A stretch of DNA of 64,000 bases from Camelus ferus (lineage: Eukaryota). Positions 63,505 to 64,000 of the stretch are shown in pieces; within the stretch, counting starts at the first letter, position 1; each line of letters starts with the position of its first letter. The notes beneath the pieces were generated by a model that was not told where the DNA came from, ran no database searches, and saw only the letters and a list, made by a program, of their open reading frames with translations. Made by a program: the position numbers and the translations under genes. The stretch is taken from contig NC_045696.1 of the NCBI RefSeq assembly GCF_009834535.1, positions 87,980,001 through 88,044,000 on the forward strand. The letters are read 5' to 3'.

Positions 63505-64000
63505 CTTTTTTTTTTTAACAGTTTTTATTGATTTATAATCATTTTACAATGTTGTGTCAAATTCCACTGTTCAGCACAATTTTTCAGTTATTCATGGACA
63601 TATACACAGTCATTGTCACATTTTTTTCTCTGTGAGTTATCATAACATTTTGTGTATATTTACCTGTGCTATACAGTGTAGTCCATTCTACAATTTTGAA
63701 ATCCCAGTCTATCCCTTCCCACCCTCCACCCCCCTGGTAACCACAAGTCTGTATTCTCTGTCTGTGAGTCTATTTCTGTCCTTTATTTACGCTTTGTTTT
63801 TGTTTGTTTGTCTGTTTTTGTTTTTGTTTTTTAGATTCCACATATGAGCGATCTCCTATGGTATTTTTCTTTCTCTTTCTGGCTTACTTCACTTAGAATG
63901 ACATTCTCCAGGAGCATCCATGTTGCTGCAAATGGCATTATGTTCTCGGTTTTTATGGCTGAGTAGTATTCCATTGTATAAATATACCACTTCTGCTTTA
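63505..64000 (-). mobile_element. Young L1 3' end, running off the window
   Basis: poly-T, then ttttacaatgttgtgtcaaatt...ttagattccacatatgagcgat...catccatgttgctgcaaatggcattat. Confidence 0.9.

Noticed and set aside
1..64000. CRISPR arrays, operons or other prokaryotic systems
   Set aside because: The sequence is mammalian; no regularly spaced repeat-spacer structure or dense ORF arrangement was seen

Overview
AT-rich, repeat-dense mammalian DNA, most likely camelid. That is an inference from two copies of a tRNA-Ala-derived Vic-1-like SINE and several cetartiodactyl-type L1 3' ends. No intact multi-exon protein-coding gene was recognised. Most of the window is old interspersed repeats: L2, MIR, MLT1/MaLR, ERVL and ERV1 LTRs, MER5/hAT and L1M. 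The standout is a 3.27-kb GC-rich insert at 42346-45616. It splits a young 5'-truncated L1, has a 13-bp target-site duplication, and ends in AATAAA plus a short A-tail, so it looks like an L1-mediated retrocopy. It nevertheless appears unspliced: it keeps a CpG-rich promoter-like 5' end, splice sites and intronic repeats. It also carries an open 179-codon SCAN-domain ORF and ends at a cryptic poly(A) signal in an antisense L1M fragment. The insert sits in a deep nest: probable MaLR provirus > class-I ERV remnant > young L1 > retrocopy > SINE. Smaller signals are a candidate minus-strand TATA promoter/first exon near 20.5 kb, a locally templated 99-bp insertion, a poly(A)-only insertion scar and a GAS motif in a MER41-like LTR. 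Repeat family names come from visual recognition, not a database search. Boundaries without a stated TSD are approximate.
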